Source: a virus. From it: DNA of 64,000 nt. Within the stretch, counting starts at the first letter, position 1. Each line of letters starts with the position of its first letter. Position numbers and translations under genes: made by a program. Below are positions 6,704-15,542 of the stretch, piece after piece. The stretch is taken from the IMG/VR virus record IMGVR_UViG_3300048839_000489, positions 1-64,000 of that record; one strand, 5' to 3'. The notes beneath the pieces were generated by a model. That model had not been told where the DNA came from. It saw only the letters and a list, made by a program, of their open reading frames with translations, and did not search any database.

Positions 6704-6930
6704 TGGCTTTAAAAGTTAGACCTGGTGTTTGGTCTTGTGCAGAGTGTGGTAAACTTTATCCAGACTCAGCGAAGGCAGACGCCTGCAGAAGCAGTCACTC
6801 ATTAATTTATGTAGGCTTTACAAAGGAAGATTTGAACAGATTGCTTAATTTTATTTATCTGAAAGAGGAAGCCCTTATTACGGAGGACTTAGTGAAGAAA
6901 ATATCTTCAGCTCTTAGGAGGCAGATATGA
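6703..6930 (+). CDS. hypothetical Cys-containing protein
   Basis: 75-aa ORF whose start overlaps the upstream stop (TAATG); CAECG ... C motif. Confidence 0.55.
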   Translation: MALKVRPGVWSCAECGKLYPDSAKADACRSSHSLIYVGFTKEDLNRLLNFIYLKEEALITEDLVKKISSALRRQI

Positions 6931-7133
6931 AGTCAGGCATAAAGTGTCCAGAGTGTAATAGTTGTTTGGATGTTATATGGATAATGCCAAACAGATTTTA
7001 TCATTGCTGGCTGTGTAAAGATTTTTATAATAACATAGACAAGAAAATAACTAAGATAAATATAGAGGAGACCTTGGGTGTGCCAAAGGAAAGTTTGGAA
7101 TCCCTGCTAGAGAGTTACTATGAAAACTATTAA
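6927..7133 (+). CDS. zinc-ribbon protein
   Basis: CPECNSC ... CWLCKD; ATGA overlap with the upstream gene. Confidence 0.55.
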   Translation: MKSGIKCPECNSCLDVIWIMPNRFYHCWLCKDFYNNIDKKITKINIEETLGVPKESLESLLESYYENY

Positions 7134-7228
7134 AAACTCTGAGAACTACGAAAAGATTAGAAAGAAGAAACTTGACAAAAAGAAAACCAATGACATAAGA
7201 AAAAGTCGAAGGGATAAGGAGGTTAGGC

Positions 7229-7930
7229 GTGAGCAAAATAACTCTCCTAAACGAAAATAATTTAGAAGTTATTCCTTCTATCAGAGAATCTGAGGAAAAG
7301 TTTAAATTTATTTATGCAGATATGATTTATGAAAACACTGACTTTTTTTGGATAAAGTCGAGTTTGCCATTATTGGATTCTGGGGGAGTGTTCATAGTAC
7401 AAACCGATTACCACACAGTCTCAGAAGTAAAGCAGTACATGGACTCTTTAGGTCTTAGTCTCATAAATTGGTGCATATACGTAAACGAATGGGGAGGAAT
7501 TCCTAAGAAGGCTTTTCCTAAAAAACATGACGACATTCTTATATACTCTAAAGATATGGATTACAAGTGGTATCCAGAGAGAATACAAATACCTAAAGTA
7601 ACTGCGGGAACTGTTTTTGATAAAAAGGGAACAGGAATGAAGACCCCTCCCGATGTATTCTATGATAAGCCCTCATTCAGTACAATGTCTAATGAGAGGG
7701 TTAGGTTTGGAGATACAAACATTAGGTGGCAAAAACCAATTTGGTTGATGGAAAGATTGCTCTTACCGTTTACAGATGAGAATGACAATGTGCTTGATTT
7801 GTTTATGGGGAGTGGTACTTTGGGGGTTACATGTAAGAAACACAACAGAGTTTACGTTGGAATAGAGAAAGATACTGATATTTTTAATTTAGCCGTTAGG
7901 AGAATAAATGATGGCAAGTTATACGTTTAG
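7229..7930 (+). CDS. beta-class (N4/N6) DNA methyltransferase with atypical motif IV
   Basis: GTG start with AAGGAGG upstream. C-terminal motif I (DLFMGSGTLGV). The N-terminal position of DPPY/SPPY reads ADMIY. Confidence 0.7.
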   Translation: MSKITLLNENNLEVIPSIRESEEKFKFIYADMIYENTDFFWIKSSLPLLDSGGVFIVQTDYHTVSEVKQYMDSLGLSLINWCIYVNEWGGIPKKAFPKKHDDILIYSKDMDYKWYPERIQIPKVTAGTVFDKKGTGMKTPPDVFYDKPSFSTMSNERVRFGDTNIRWQKPIWLMERLLLPFTDENDNVLDLFMGSGTLGVTCKKHNRVYVGIEKDTDIFNLAVRRINDGKLYV

Positions 7931-8141
7931 ATGCTCTAAATGTGGGCATGTGTTTGATGAGTCAATTCCAATGCATAAGTATGCCGAGATTGATAGGAAT
8001 CACAAAATGAAGTTCAAATGCCCAAAGTGTGAACAACTAATGAATCCAGCCAGAGTTCTTTCAACAGTACCTATAGTTTTCAAGGGCAAAGGGTTTTACT
8101 CAACTGATAATAGGAAAAAAGAAGATGTCGATGTTGGTTGA
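7908..8141 (+). CDS. FmdB-like zinc-ribbon protein
   Basis: YTFRCSKCGH ... KCPKCEQ; overlaps both neighbouring genes. Confidence 0.65.
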   Translation: MMASYTFRCSKCGHVFDESIPMHKYAEIDRNHKMKFKCPKCEQLMNPARVLSTVPIVFKGKGFYSTDNRKKEDVDVG

Positions 8142-8997
8142 TTTAGTTAGAGAAGACTTTGGAATAAGTGGGCACGGTAAGTGGTGGAGATCGGATACGC
8201 ACTCCTCCCTGGTTGTAGATGCAGAGTCGGACGTATTCTACTTCAACTCCAGGGGTCTCAGAGGAGGCCCTGTAGACTACCTCCATTTAGTTAGAGGTGT
8301 CAAGAAAAGTGTAGCTCATGAGCTAGTTAACAGAAACCTGGCTATGGGTATTCCTCTAGACAAAGAAACCTCTCTGCAAACTAAGTTCGAGAAGTTGGTA
8401 CAAATATTTCACAACAATGGTAAATCTAAGAGAGATTACTGGAGGGAAAAGGGCATTGAAGACTCCACAGTTGATAGATACAGATTGGGTTTCTACGAGG
8501 GGTGGTATCTAATCCCTATTTACAGAGATTCCGTATTCGTAAATTTCCAGTGCAGAAGATCTGAGCCAAAAAAGTTTGTGAAGTTTTGGTATAAAGACCC
8601 CGATTTCAGACCCGTATTATTTAATTCAGGAGTACTGCCATTCGTAAGAAGTGTTTACATAGTAGAGGGTATGGTAGACTGTTTGATGCTCAACCAAAAA
8701 GGATTACCTTGTGTATGCTCTACTAATGGTAATATGTCGTGGGACTCTAACTGGGTTAGATACTTTTCTAACATCAATGAGATAGTGTATGTGACGGATA
8801 ATGACTCTGCTGGAATCAACGGAGCCATAAGAACTGCCAAAATGCTTGGAGAGGGTAGAGTCAAGATACTTAGATACAAAGATAGAGCTGAGGGGTTTGG
8901 GGCACTCGACTTCTTTTTAGAGGGTAATAGCGTAGATGACTTTAAAGATGTCGTTGCTAGAGAATCTGTTTATGCTTTTGAAAAGGAGGCAGTATGA
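8125..8997 (+). CDS. DnaG-like DNA primase (Toprim domain)
   Basis: Toprim signature YIVEGMVDCL ... YVTDNDSAG. The N-terminal region resembles the primase Zn-binding domain but lacks the Cys ligands. Confidence 0.75.
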   Translation: MSMLVDLVREDFGISGHGKWWRSDTHSSLVVDAESDVFYFNSRGLRGGPVDYLHLVRGVKKSVAHELVNRNLAMGIPLDKETSLQTKFEKLVQIFHNNGKSKRDYWREKGIEDSTVDRYRLGFYEGWYLIPIYRDSVFVNFQCRRSEPKKFVKFWYKDPDFRPVLFNSGVLPFVRSVYIVEGMVDCLMLNQKGLPCVCSTNGNMSWDSNWVRYFSNINEIVYVTDNDSAGINGAIRTAKMLGEGRVKILRYKDRAEGFGALDFFLEGNSVDDFKDVVARESVYAFEKEAV

Positions 8998-9521
8998 GAA
9001 CTATAGGAATTGATATGGACGGAGTTCTTTATAATTGGCACGAATCTTTATACGAACATTGCAGACTGTTTGAGGGTTACGAAGGTAGTTATTGGGAGTT
9101 CTGGAATAACTACAGAAATGTAATGACTGAGGAGCATCTAGAGTATCTTATTCAGTTGGATACTCTATACTCCAACATACTACCTACAAAACAATGCAAA
9201 GAGTTGTTGAACAATCTAGCTAGCAGGTATGAAATATTTTATGTTACGGCGAGACCTAAAACTGTCCAGACTACAACAGAGTCTTATTTGAAAAGACATA
9301 AGTTTCCATTTAGAGAGAATCTAGTTTTTTCTGAAGATAAGGTAAGTGTAGCGAGGCGATATCAGTTCTCGTTTGCGATTGACGACCATCCAAAACACTT
9401 GAAGGGATTGTCCGAGGTCACTAGTGTTGTAATGGTTTTACAGCCGTGGAATAAGGAATATAGAGATGTATTTCCCACCGCCGTAAACTTATTGGATATT
9501 CTAAACTATATAAAGGAGTAA
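8994..9521 (+). CDS. HAD-family 5'(3')-deoxyribonucleotidase
   Basis: N-terminal HAD motif I (IGIDMDGVLYNW); size and layout match NT5C-type nucleotidases. Confidence 0.75.
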   Translation: MRTIGIDMDGVLYNWHESLYEHCRLFEGYEGSYWEFWNNYRNVMTEEHLEYLIQLDTLYSNILPTKQCKELLNNLASRYEIFYVTARPKTVQTTTESYLKRHKFPFRENLVFSEDKVSVARRYQFSFAIDDHPKHLKGLSEVTSVVMVLQPWNKEYRDVFPTAVNLLDILNYIKE

Positions 9522-9523
9522 TT

Positions 9524-9880
9524 ATGGACTTAAATACTTATGTTGAGGAAGTTTCAAGAACAAGACCTGACCTTGGTTCAGCTCAGACTAATCAGATTCA
9601 TATGGCGATGGGTATTGCTACTGAAGCCGGAGAGATTCTCGATGCTTATAAAAAGAACCTTGCTTATGGAAGAGAGTTGGATTTAGTTAATGTAAGAGAA
9701 GAGATTGGAGATCTTATGTGGTACATAGCTAATTTATGTACACTTACTGGAATCGATCTTGAGACCGCTCTAGATATCAATATAGCAAAGTTGAGATTAA
9801 GATATCCAAGTGGATTTACTCAGTCTAATGCTATAACCAGAAATCTAGAATTAGAGCGTGCACTTCTTGAGCAACAATAA
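9524..9880 (+). CDS. mazG: MazG-like nucleoside triphosphate pyrophosphohydrolase
   Basis: EAGEILDAYKK ... EEIGDLMWYIANL metal-binding helices typical of the MazG family. Confidence 0.85.
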   Translation: MDLNTYVEEVSRTRPDLGSAQTNQIHMAMGIATEAGEILDAYKKNLAYGRELDLVNVREEIGDLMWYIANLCTLTGIDLETALDINIAKLRLRYPSGFTQSNAITRNLELERALLEQQ

Positions 9881-9958
9881 TCACTGTATTGTAAATTGCA
9901 GTATAATGGAGTACTACCTGATGAATGGTAGTATTTCATTTTAATTAGGAGACGCTCT

Positions 9959-11650
9959 ATGGACGTATTTATAGAAAAAACTAAGTTAACATCCACGGCA
10001 GAAAACATATTGAGAAAGAGGTACTACAGAGGCGAAGAGAACTCTTGGGAACAAGTAGCCAAGAGAGTTACTGATTGGGTCTGTGTCGATGAGGATGCAG
10101 GAAGAAAGGAACTGATTGAGCAAATGATTGCCAATAGGTATTTCATACCTAACAGCCCATGCCTCGTGAATTCTGGAACCCCAGGTGGTGGCTTAAGTGC
10201 TTGTTTTGTAGTTGACTTCGAGGATTCAATTATTGATATTTACAAGACCAAGTTGAACTTCGCTCTAATAGCTAAAAAGGGCGGAGGATGTGGAACCACT
10301 CTCACAAAAATAAGACCTGAAAGTGATAAGGTCGCTGGCTCAACTCATGGATTTTCTGGAGGCCCAGTAAAATTCTTTGATACTATTTGCCATGATATGA
10401 AAGCAATGACACAAGCTGGATTCAGAGAGATGGCTATGATGGGAACAATGAGTGTGTACCATCCAGACATTCTTAAATTCATACATGCAAAAGAAGAAGA
10501 AGGGAGAATGCACACAACGAATATTTCAGTTGTAGTAGACTCCGCATTTATGGAAAAAGTTATCAACAACGAGAAATACACAACCTACTTTGACTATCCT
10601 GAAGGGAGAAGATACTACGAACAGCTCAGTGCTTCTGATGTATTTAGTCAGATTATAGAAGGGGCTTGGAGAAATGGTGAGCCTGGAATTCTTTTCTACG
10701 ACCAACTCAACAACTCCCCATATAAATACTCTGGTCAGGAAATTCTAGCTACTAATCCTTGTGGAGAACAACCTCTACCTCCAAACGGAGTTTGTAATCT
10801 AGGATCTCTAGATATCTCTAAGTTTCTGGATGAGAATAAGCAAATTGATTTGTGGATGCTAGAGCTCGCCACAAGACTTTCTATCAGGTTCTTGGATGAT
10901 GTGTGCTCCGTATCTTCATATCCTACAGAAGAAATCACGGAGTGGGTTTCAAAAAATAGACCTGTAGGTCTCGGTATTATGGGACTAGCAGATTACTATA
11001 TGGAGAGAGGCGTAGCCTACGGCTCACCAAAGGCTCTCGAAGAGCTGGAATTCATAATGTCATTTATCAAGAATATAGCCGAGGATGAATCAGCTATTCT
11101 AGGTGAGGAAAGAGGTGTTCCGGAGTCTTGTAAAGTTCTTCCAACTCCCAGAAGAAATATAACTCTTATTTCCATAGCTCCAACGGGTACAATATCTTTG
11201 ATAGCTAATTGTAATTCTGGAATTGAGCCATTCTTCTCAGAAGTAACATTGAGAGAAGATAAGACCGGAAATTATGAGATGGACTCCAATCACCATTTAG
11301 CAGATTATTTCAGATGTGCTGTGTCCTCTGGAAACTCAAAAGAAGTTACCTGGGAGGAGCACGTTCTAACTCAGGCATCTGCACAAAAGTTTGTAGATTC
11401 TGGAGTGTCAAAAACAATCAACTTCCCAAGCCACACTCATAGAGATACTATAGGGAAAGCTTTCATGCTGGCATGGGAGTTAGGTTGTAAAGGTATAACT
11501 GTATACAGAAATGGGAGTAGAGAGATAGAGGTGCTTAAACCAAAACTGGTTAAAAAAGACCTCTGCCCTGTTTGTGAATCCCCCATAGTAAAAGAGTCCA
11601 ACTGTAAACACTGTACTCAGTGTGATTGGACAATGTGTGAAATAGGTTAA
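9959..11650 (+). CDS. nrdJ: class II (adenosylcobalamin-dependent) ribonucleotide reductase
   Basis: Catalytic-site block TNPCGEQPLPPNGVCNLGSL, ISIAPTGT, and a C-terminal Cys cluster (CPVC ... CKHCTQC). Confidence 0.9.
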   Translation: MDVFIEKTKLTSTAENILRKRYYRGEENSWEQVAKRVTDWVCVDEDAGRKELIEQMIANRYFIPNSPCLVNSGTPGGGLSACFVVDFEDSIIDIYKTKLNFALIAKKGGGCGTTLTKIRPESDKVAGSTHGFSGGPVKFFDTICHDMKAMTQAGFREMAMMGTMSVYHPDILKFIHAKEEEGRMHTTNISVVVDSAFMEKVINNEKYTTYFDYPEGRRYYEQLSASDVFSQIIEGAWRNGEPGILFYDQLNNSPYKYSGQEILATNPCGEQPLPPNGVCNLGSLDISKFLDENKQIDLWMLELATRLSIRFLDDVCSVSSYPTEEITEWVSKNRPVGLGIMGLADYYMERGVAYGSPKALEELEFIMSFIKNIAEDESAILGEERGVPESCKVLPTPRRNITLISIAPTGTISLIANCNSGIEPFFSEVTLREDKTGNYEMDSNHHLADYFRCAVSSGNSKEVTWEEHVLTQASAQKFVDSGVSKTINFPSHTHRDTIGKAFMLAWELGCKGITVYRNGSREIEVLKPKLVKKDLCPVCESPIVKESNCKHCTQCDWTMCEIG

Positions 11651-11656
11651 AAGTAA

Positions 11657-11689
11657 AAAGCCCCGCAAAGAGCGGGGCTTTTTTTTTAC
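11657..11689. terminator. bidirectional rho-independent terminator between convergent units
   Basis: AGCCCCGC-AAAG-AGCGGGGCT hairpin flanked by an A-run and a T-run. Confidence 0.8.
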
Positions 11690-11712
11690 TTCACACACTC
11701 ATTTTTTTTTCG

Positions 11713-12039
11713 TTAGTAGCCGAGTGCCTCCAAGTAATCATCTCCCTCTATGGAGCCGTCATCGAGATTCACTTTAACGATAGAACTCTTGGAGAAAACT
11801 TTTTGTCCGCCAACGATAACACGATCTCCAGAAATCTCCTCAACGCTGCACTCTTCCAATGAGTAAGAACCGAATCTAGCGTACTGACTCGATAGAGGAT
11901 TGTCAACCCCACGTCGAAATCTATCCATTCTTGCAACCGCCTCTTCTTTTGTTAAGTAGAGACCGCGTATATGGTTTTCGTACGCACAGCAAGTGCATCC
12001 TGTTCTACATTGAATAGCATAAATGAGTTTGTCTTTCAT
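11713..12039 (-). CDS. hypothetical protein
   Basis: The ATG at 12039 has AAGGAGG upstream; the track ORF starts 13 codons earlier without an RBS. Confidence 0.6.
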   Translation of the reverse strand: MKDKLIYAIQCRTGCTCCAYENHIRGLYLTKEEAVARMDRFRRGVDNPLSSQYARFGSYSLEECSVEEISGDRVIVGGQKVFSKSSIVKVNLDDGSIEGDDYLEALGY

Positions 12040-12178
12040 TGCACCTCCTTTCACATCTCTATGTGGACTGTAACACATTCTGACAGTCTGTTTGCTCGTT
12101 GTTTTGAACGTGTTGCTCCGTACTAATCACATTATGTTCCTCGGCAACCGTGCTCAGCAATCAAGATGTAATTTACTT

Positions 12179-12316
12179 CTAGGCTCTTTCTTTTAAAAAA
12201 ATATCTACCTCCTCGTTCCACTTAACAAATTGAGTTCTCATATTGTAACCAATCAGGATCATCAATATAAGATAGAGAGCTCTAAGCACAAGACGCTCAA
12301 ATGTAGTCTCTGACAT
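12179..12316 (-). CDS. small membrane protein (45 aa)
   Basis: GAGGAGG upstream of the ATG; hydrophobic core LRALYLILMILIGY. Confidence 0.4.
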   Translation of the reverse strand: MSETTFERLVLRALYLILMILIGYNMRTQFVKWNEEVDIFLKERA

Positions 12317-12328
12317 GCACAGCCTCCT

Positions 12329-12559
12329 CTAGTCTATCTTAATCTCCCAAGAGTTCATGATGGAGTTGATCATAATAAGGATATTGATTACAACGGAAAA
12401 TACGCACGATAGGGCGTACAGAATCAGAGGTAGTGCCGCTACGGGCTCACCCAGATTCACTCTCATAGCTACGAGCCAATCGCTATCAGTAGCAATCATT
12501 ACCCTCATAAGCCCCATTCCAAAGACGACACCAATGAGCCAAATTAACCAATATTTCAT
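12329..12559 (-). CDS. membrane protein (2 TM)
   Basis: 76-aa ORF with two hydrophobic helices. Confidence 0.55.
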   Translation of the reverse strand: MKYWLIWLIGVVFGMGLMRVMIATDSDWLVAMRVNLGEPVAALPLILYALSCVFSVVINILIMINSIMNSWEIKID

Positions 12560-12592
12560 TTTACAATCTCCTTTCTTACTATATACATATTC

Positions 12593-13198
12593 TTACCTCT
12601 TTCCCAAGAACTTGAGGATTTTATATTTTATGCCTATCCAAAAAGACCAGTTCTTGTATGACAGCTCTTTTTTGTAGATATCCAGAGCTTTGTAAAAAAG
12701 CATACGAAGGGAGATCAGATGACCGGTGATCATCTCTTTAATCTCCTCGGAGTCTGGATACTGTCTTCCGAGCAACTCATATCCGAACAGCTCAGTTCTC
12801 GTCAACGAGGCAACCAAGGCTACGCAGTAAGCAACGCTCTCGCGTAGACCGTTGCGTTGTGCTTCTGTCAGATGAGACCACTCCCGCTTTATCATCGAGT
12901 CTCCATATTTGTGCAAGGATCGAGCTACTGATTCATGAATCATTATGATGGTACGACTCTCATCGTCTTCCAGTTCCTCTACTCCCCCGTAACCATCATA
13001 CTTTCCAAATCCAGAGAGCACAGATGGAGACAGATCTCTTCCAAACTCTGAATTAGCTCTTTCAATGTCGTACCTTATGTACGTTTTTAAATCATAGACA
13101 TTCTTGTCTCGATTTTCTGGATAGGAGATATAAAATACTGGATCTCCTTCCTCAATGGCAACTCGAGAAAAGGCACACGTTCTTGAAAATTCACCCAT
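12593..13198 (-). CDS. hypothetical protein
   Basis: 201-aa ORF with AAAGGAG upstream. Confidence 0.65.
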   Translation of the reverse strand: MGEFSRTCAFSRVAIEEGDPVFYISYPENRDKNVYDLKTYIRYDIERANSEFGRDLSPSVLSGFGKYDGYGGVEELEDDESRTIIMIHESVARSLHKYGDSMIKREWSHLTEAQRNGLRESVAYCVALVASLTRTELFGYELLGRQYPDSEEIKEMITGHLISLRMLFYKALDIYKKELSYKNWSFWIGIKYKILKFLGKR

Positions 13199-13200
13199 AG

Positions 13201-13488
13201 CTAATCTCCTTTCATGAGCTCAAGCTTAACAAACTTGAATCGAGCAGTTCTCATCTCGTAGCAGTCGTTACCACACAGAGGACATACGGGATAATGTTGC
13301 TCCGTGAACCAGATATTACCTCCGTGAGGCTTATCGCTCCATCCACATTGAGTACAAAAAGCTCTTCTGTGCCATTTCTGAGGAAAAACCTCCTCGAAAA
13401 TTTGCAAGGCTATACTCAGAAAACAAAGTCCAAGAATGATTAGCAAAGCCACATTCTCTTTTGCAGTAAACAAAACATTCTCAGTCAT
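13201..13488 (-). CDS. membrane-anchored zinc-ribbon protein
   Basis: N-terminal TM helix, then CTQCG ... CPLCG. Confidence 0.6.
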   Translation of the reverse strand: MTENVLFTAKENVALLIILGLCFLSIALQIFEEVFPQKWHRRAFCTQCGWSDKPHGGNIWFTEQHYPVCPLCGNDCYEMRTARFKFVKLELMKGD

Positions 13489-13490
13489 TG

Positions 13491-13727
13491 TTAGTCCAGT
13501 GAGAGTACAGCTTCGTTTGGCTTTGTGATCTTCAGAGGCGTGACCATGTAATCGGGCACGGAGATTACCAAGAGCCTTTTTGAAACCAGTTTCTCATCAT
13601 ACCCACAGCCCTTAATAAACTCACTGTAGTGGTGCTTGATGAATTCAATAGCCTGAACTCGTCCATTCAGTCTGTTCCACTCAATTTCACCGGAATCTTT
13701 TGAGAATATAACTAAAATTGGGGACAA
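13491..13727 (-). CDS. hypothetical protein
   Basis: 78-aa ORF tightly packed in the operon. Confidence 0.55.
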   Translation of the reverse strand: MSPILVIFSKDSGEIEWNRLNGRVQAIEFIKHHYSEFIKGCGYDEKLVSKRLLVISVPDYMVTPLKITKPNEAVLSLD

Positions 13728-13728
13728 C

Positions 13729-14046
13729 TTATACTCCTTTCACGTTTTCTGATAGAAAAGCTTCCGCTCTGGAGCAGATACCCGCAAAGTACTCGTCGAT
13801 GTAATTCTGACTCGGTGAGAACTTTTTCATAAAATCGCGGTCGCCGTGCTCCCACATCTCAAATTCGACATCGGAGGTGGAGTAAAACTTCAGATTTCCA
13901 ATCCAATTGTTTATGGTGTTGAGATGGCCTCTGAGATCGTGAATCTTACCAGACCCGCAGTATTTCTCAAAGTGAGACAGCTTTTCGGATAGGTTCTTGA
14001 GTCTGTGCAGATGGTGGTCAAACTTGAGGTCTTTTCCCTTAGCCAT
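13729..14046 (-). CDS. hypothetical protein (start uncertain)
   Basis: The track ORF extends to 14163. The ATG at 14046 (MAKGKD...) sits 4 nt before the stop of an alternative upstream ORF. Confidence 0.5.
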   Translation of the reverse strand: MAKGKDLKFDHHLHRLKNLSEKLSHFEKYCGSGKIHDLRGHLNTINNWIGNLKFYSTSDVEFEMWEHGDRDFMKKFSPSQNYIDEYFAGICSRAEAFLSENVKGV

Positions 14047-14251
14047 CACGTAGTCTCTTTGAAACCCTTCTCCAATGTTTAAAGTCAAAGAGGATGGAGT
14101 ACATAATCGCCCCAGAGATTTTCTCTCCATTAACATTCCAGTAGCCTGGAAACATCTTCGCACTTATACGAAAGAGCCGAGTATTCAGCCTTCGAGCTAC
14201 TTGCACAGCACCAACTAGAGCTAGAAATACCGTTATGCTAAACGTCAACAT
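14039..14251 (-). CDS. possible small membrane protein (alternative frame)
   Basis: MLTFSITVFLALVGAV... with GAGG 9 nt upstream. Competes with the N-terminal extension of 13729-14163. Confidence 0.35.
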   Translation of the reverse strand: MLTFSITVFLALVGAVQVARRLNTRLFRISAKMFPGYWNVNGEKISGAIMYSILFDFKHWRRVSKRLRDG

Positions 14252-14762
14252 CGCTTTCATCCTCACTTTCTAATGGAGTGTTTATGGTCTTCCAGGAGGA
14301 AAACTCCATTTTATACTCTCGAGTCGGGAAGCTACTTCCAGCCACTCCGGTCATCCATCCATATCGAGATAGTGGAAAGAATACCGTTCTGTGAACAACG
14401 GAGCAGTAGTGGCACGAGATCACAGAATCCTGAGTTAAGTTCCACATGGAATCCATTACCTCAAAAATTGTGATTTCAGGAGAGAAAAGCTTACAGTGTC
14501 TCCAGATGTCCAGCGAGGAGCGGTACTTTCCTGGAGGGGTTTCTGGCTCCACGGAGACAACTCCATCCACGATCTCTACAGAACAGTAATTTATGGAGGT
14601 GAGCAGACATTTGTACACAAGGAGATCAACCCCCCGCAGATTTTGACCCTTACTGTCGTTGAGAAGTGCCTCCTCAGTCAATGGGTTAGACTCTCGACTT
14701 AAGTAAGAACGAAATGCGAGATCTGAGGTTTTGTTTCTCGAAAGGTAATCGAGAACCTTCAA
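14238..14762 (-). CDS. hypothetical protein
   Basis: 174-aa ORF; TTG start with no RBS, overlapping the TGA of a 13-codon mini-ORF. Confidence 0.55.
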   Translation of the reverse strand: MKVLDYLSRNKTSDLAFRSYLSRESNPLTEEALLNDSKGQNLRGVDLLVYKCLLTSINYCSVEIVDGVVSVEPETPPGKYRSSLDIWRHCKLFSPEITIFEVMDSMWNLTQDSVISCHYCSVVHRTVFFPLSRYGWMTGVAGSSFPTREYKMEFSSWKTINTPLESEDESDVDV

Positions 14763-14796
14763 TCGCCGAGCTTGAACAGAGGAAGAAAATCTTTTC

Positions 14797-15219
14797 TCAT
14801 CTATTGTTGCTCTCCTCTTCGTAATACTGAATGGTCTTGACGAAGAACTTATTCATGTTACCTCCGTGATAGTTGATAACGGAGGAGAACATGTGATAGC
14901 CAAGCTGAGCGATCATCTCTTCACGATCTTCTGGAACGTTGGCAAGAGAGAACATAAGCTGAGCGTGCCCAGAGTGGGCGCAGAATTTCTCTGCGTAATT
15001 GATGGCGGCGAGAAATTGTATGGTTCCGAGATCCTGAATTCCTGTCAGGACGAGTGTGGAGCAGTTCCCTGGGAACTGAGATATCTCCGATCCATGAGCC
15101 CCGTGGAGATAGGTTGAACCTCCAGAGTCCGACCCATGAAAATCAAGCCCGCTGTACTCCTCGAAGTCTCCTATGAAATCCTCGGCATCAAAAATGTAGT
15201 AGCCTTGAAAGTCTCCCAT
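14797..15219 (-). CDS. hypothetical protein
   Basis: The ATG at 15219 overlaps the upstream stop (TAATG); the track N-terminal extension is Arg-rich and looks like junk. Confidence 0.6.
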   Translation of the reverse strand: MGDFQGYYIFDAEDFIGDFEEYSGLDFHGSDSGGSTYLHGAHGSEISQFPGNCSTLVLTGIQDLGTIQFLAAINYAEKFCAHSGHAQLMFSLANVPEDREEMIAQLGYHMFSSVINYHGGNMNKFFVKTIQYYEEESNNR

Positions 15220-15533
15220 TAGTCGTCCTCTCCCCAAAACGAACCAACGAGGTCGTCTTCTTCTGGATCGATATTGTCCACATCGTCTTGGAGCCACTCG
15301 AGATCTCGAGGCTCTACATTACGAATAACTCTGCGGTTGGAGTTTTCGATATCTACAATCCGCACATTCAGAGTTCCATCGTCATTGTAGGACTCGACTA
15401 CAACCTCCTCTCCGGTCGATTTGAGAGTGAAGGACGGGTTAACATCCTCGTCAACAACGAGAAGGTCTACATCATGATCGATGAAAACCACCTCCGGAAT
15501 ACCTCCAACAATTCTGATAACAACCTTAGCCAT
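15219..15533 (-). CDS. hypothetical acidic protein
   Basis: 104-aa ORF. Confidence 0.6.
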   Translation of the reverse strand: MAKVVIRIVGGIPEVVFIDHDVDLLVVDEDVNPSFTLKSTGEEVVVESYNDDGTLNVRIVDIENSNRRVIRNVEPRDLEWLQDDVDNIDPEEDDLVGSFWGEDD

Positions 15534-15542
15534 AGTGCCTCC

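Noticed and set aside
7120-7260. 46-codon highly basic ORF (MKTIKNSENYEKIRKKKLDKKK...) bridging 6927-7133 and the methyltransferase start
   Set aside because: It overlaps two better-supported genes and contains the methyltransferase gene's RBS. Its Lys/Arg richness probably reflects the A-rich intergenic sequence. Translation is possible but unsupported.
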